The notes below the pieces were generated by a model. The model searched no databases. It was not told where the DNA came from and saw only the letters and a list, made by a program, of their open reading frames with translations. This document shows, in pieces, positions 62,487-64,000 of a stretch of 64,000 nucleotides of DNA (its first letter is position 1; every line of letters begins with the position of its first letter). Where the stretch lies: contig JBBDRO010000100.1 of the NCBI GenBank assembly GCA_040905425.1, positions 66,953 through 130,952 of the forward strand, written 5' to 3'. The position numbers were made by a program, and so were the translations under genes. The stretch is from Gemmatimonadota bacterium. Its GTDB lineage: Bacteria; Gemmatimonadota; Gemmatimonadetes; Longimicrobiales; RSA9.

Positions 62487-62927
62487 CTACCTCCGCTCCC
62501 GTTGGACACGTTGTTCCAGACTGGTATAGAACGTCAAACGCACGGTTCGTGCCTCCTGCAACTCCGTCATCACACCGGCAATGTGCTGGTAGGTCACGTC
62601 ACGATCGGCGCGCAGCACGATGACGAGCTGGGGGTTCTCCGTGCGGATCGGCTGTATGACGGCATTCACCTGCGCCGGCGGCACCGGCATGTCATTGATG
62701 TAGATGGCGCCGTCCTCCTCGACGAAGACGTGCAGGATGTCCTTGCGCGCCTCATCCAGCTTCTTGGTGGCGTCCGCCTCGGGCCAGTCCAGCCGCCGTG
62801 GCTTCTCCTTGGGAAATACCGTGCTCACCATGAAGAAGATCAGCAGGAGGAACGCCATGTCCGCCAGCGAGGACGAGGGGATCTCACTGGCCGCCTTGTT
62901 CTTACGCTTGAATCCGCCTTCCATCAT
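62487..62927 (-). CDS. exbD: ExbD/TolR-family biopolymer transport protein
   Basis: SSLADMAFLLLIFFMV, plus a periplasmic domain; 146 aa. Confidence 0.88.
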   Translation of the reverse strand: MMEGGFKRKNKAASEIPSSSLADMAFLLLIFFMVSTVFPKEKPRRLDWPEADATKKLDEARKDILHVFVEEDGAIYINDMPVPPAQVNAVIQPIRTENPQLVIVLRADRDVTYQHIAGVMTELQEARTVRLTFYTSLEQRVQRERR

Positions 62928-62931
62928 GGCG

Positions 62932-63354
62932 TCAATTCTCCAGAATCTGGAGGGAAATCTTTTCCGCGCCCGCGCCCTGGAGTTGATCCAGCACGTCGAT
63001 CATGAACCTGTAGGGCGCCTGCGGATGGGTCTTCACCGCGGCAATGAGATTCTCGTTGGTCTCGAACCCCTGCGCCCACAGCGCGCCCACCTGCTGGGCG
63101 CTCACCTGCGTCTCGTTCTGCGCTTCGCCCATGCGGACGAGCACCATCCCGTCCGGCTGGATGAGGAAGTGGTAGACGTTCTTCTGCGAGACCTCCTGCT
63201 CCACGCTCTCCTCCGGCAGCACGATGCGCAGCCCCTTCTCCTCGTCGAACACGGTCGTGACCAGGAAGAAGACGAGCAGCAGGAAGGCAATGTCCGCCAT
63301 GGACGAGGTGGGAATGTCCCCACCGGCGCGCTGCTTCTTGCGGAATACAGCCAT
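62932..63354 (-). CDS. exbD: ExbD/TolR-family biopolymer transport protein (second copy)
   Basis: SSMADIAFLLLVFFLVTTVF; 140 aa. Confidence 0.88.
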   Translation of the reverse strand: MAVFRKKQRAGGDIPTSSMADIAFLLLVFFLVTTVFDEEKGLRIVLPEESVEQEVSQKNVYHFLIQPDGMVLVRMGEAQNETQVSAQQVGALWAQGFETNENLIAAVKTHPQAPYRFMIDVLDQLQGAGAEKISLQILEN

Positions 63355-63399
63355 GTCAGCTTCCCTGGCTACGGTTCATGGAGCGGCGGCCGGCCGGAC

Positions 63400-64000
63400 T
63401 CACGGCTGGTTGTCCTTGCGGAGCGTGCTGGTGTTCGGCTCGTCCACCTGCCGCGGCGGCGAACCCGGCAGGCTGGTGGGTCCGCCGGCCAGGGCGGGCG
63501 TCGGCCCACCCATGTCCCACAGCAGGTTCAGCACCTCGGCCGAGCCCTTCTCCATCTCCACGATCAGCTTGTCGATCCTGGCCACGAAGAAATTGTAGGC
63601 AATGTTGACCGGGATGGCGATCGTCAGCCCGGTGGCCGTAGTGATGAGGGCCACCTTGATACCGCCGGCCACCAGACTGGCCTCCACCTGCCCCGCTACC
63701 TCGATGGCACCGAAGGCGGCGATCATGCCCGCCACCGTGCCCAGGAACCCCAGGAGCGGCGCCACGTTGGAAACGGTGGCCAGGACCACCAGGCCGCGCT
63801 CCAGAAAGCCCAACTCGATCACGCCGGTGGTCTTGATGGCGTGCTCGGCATCCCTGGTGTCCCCCTTGTTGCGGGCTACCCGGCGCAGTCCGGTCAGGAG
63901 GATGGCAGCCACGGGGCCGGGCGTCTCCTCATTCAGGCGCAGGGCGGCGTCGAGCTTGCCGGCCTTCACCAGGCGCTCCGTCTCCTCGAGCAGGTTGCGC
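63400..64000 (-). CDS. exbB: MotA/TolQ/ExbB proton channel protein. The 5' end is outside the window.
   Basis: VAPLLGFLGTVAGMIAAF and LITTATGLTIAIPVNIAYNFF. The reading frame stays open upstream of the track start (63969) to the window edge. Confidence 0.88.
   Translation of the reverse strand, partial: RNLLEETERLVKAGKLDAALRLNEETPGPVAAILLTGLRRVARNKGDTRDAEHAIKTTGVIELGFLERGLVVLATVSNVAPLLGFLGTVAGMIAAFGAIEVAGQVEASLVAGGIKVALITTATGLTIAIPVNIAYNFFVARIDKLIVEMEKGSAEVLNLLWDMGGPTPALAGGPTSLPGSPPRQVDEPNTSTLRKDNQP

Overview
Very GC-rich bacterial chromosomal segment; composition was judged by eye, not computed. About 60 genes are present and almost all lie on the minus strand. The lineage cannot be fixed from the sequence. 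The exbB-exbD-exbD-tonB unit, a BamB-like lipoprotein and the overall gene content suggest a diderm of the FCB/Gemmatimonadota type, which is inference only.

Reading left to right:
- A partial alr that is missing from the ORF track, then mazG with a repeat tail, asnS, and a BamB-like lipoprotein.
- A REC/HD-GYP regulator, recG, ftsY, a VWA-like membrane protein, and an M23 peptidase.
- A complete dcw cluster on the minus strand (mraZ-rsmH-ftsL-ftsI-murE-murF-mraY-murD-ftsW-murG-murC-ftsQ-ftsA-ftsZ), with a readable promoter and phased MraZ boxes.
- A mixed metabolic and peptidase block, tRNA-Val(UAC), and a small multiheme cytochrome c.
- The stand-out locus at about 38.9-55.3 kb: one tightly packed minus-strand operon of about 17 genes.
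- yggS-divIVA-ileS-lspA-rluD, followed by exbB-exbD-exbD-tonB.

The stand-out operon interleaves a chemosensory core (cheW, cheY, cheA, cheC ... cheR, cheD, cheB) with a small-GTPase polarity module. That module consists of mglB-mglA plus two further Roadblock/LC7 proteins, one of them TPR-fused. The operon also carries two PATAN(DUF4388)-TPR paralogues, an 897-aa TPR protein, and an internally duplicated DnaA-domain-III AAA+ protein that has no DNA-binding domain. I consider it the best candidate for an undescribed system.

No CRISPR array, transposase, integrase or rRNA was seen. Many long ORFs in the supplied track are GC-driven antisense or read-through artefacts and were not annotated.
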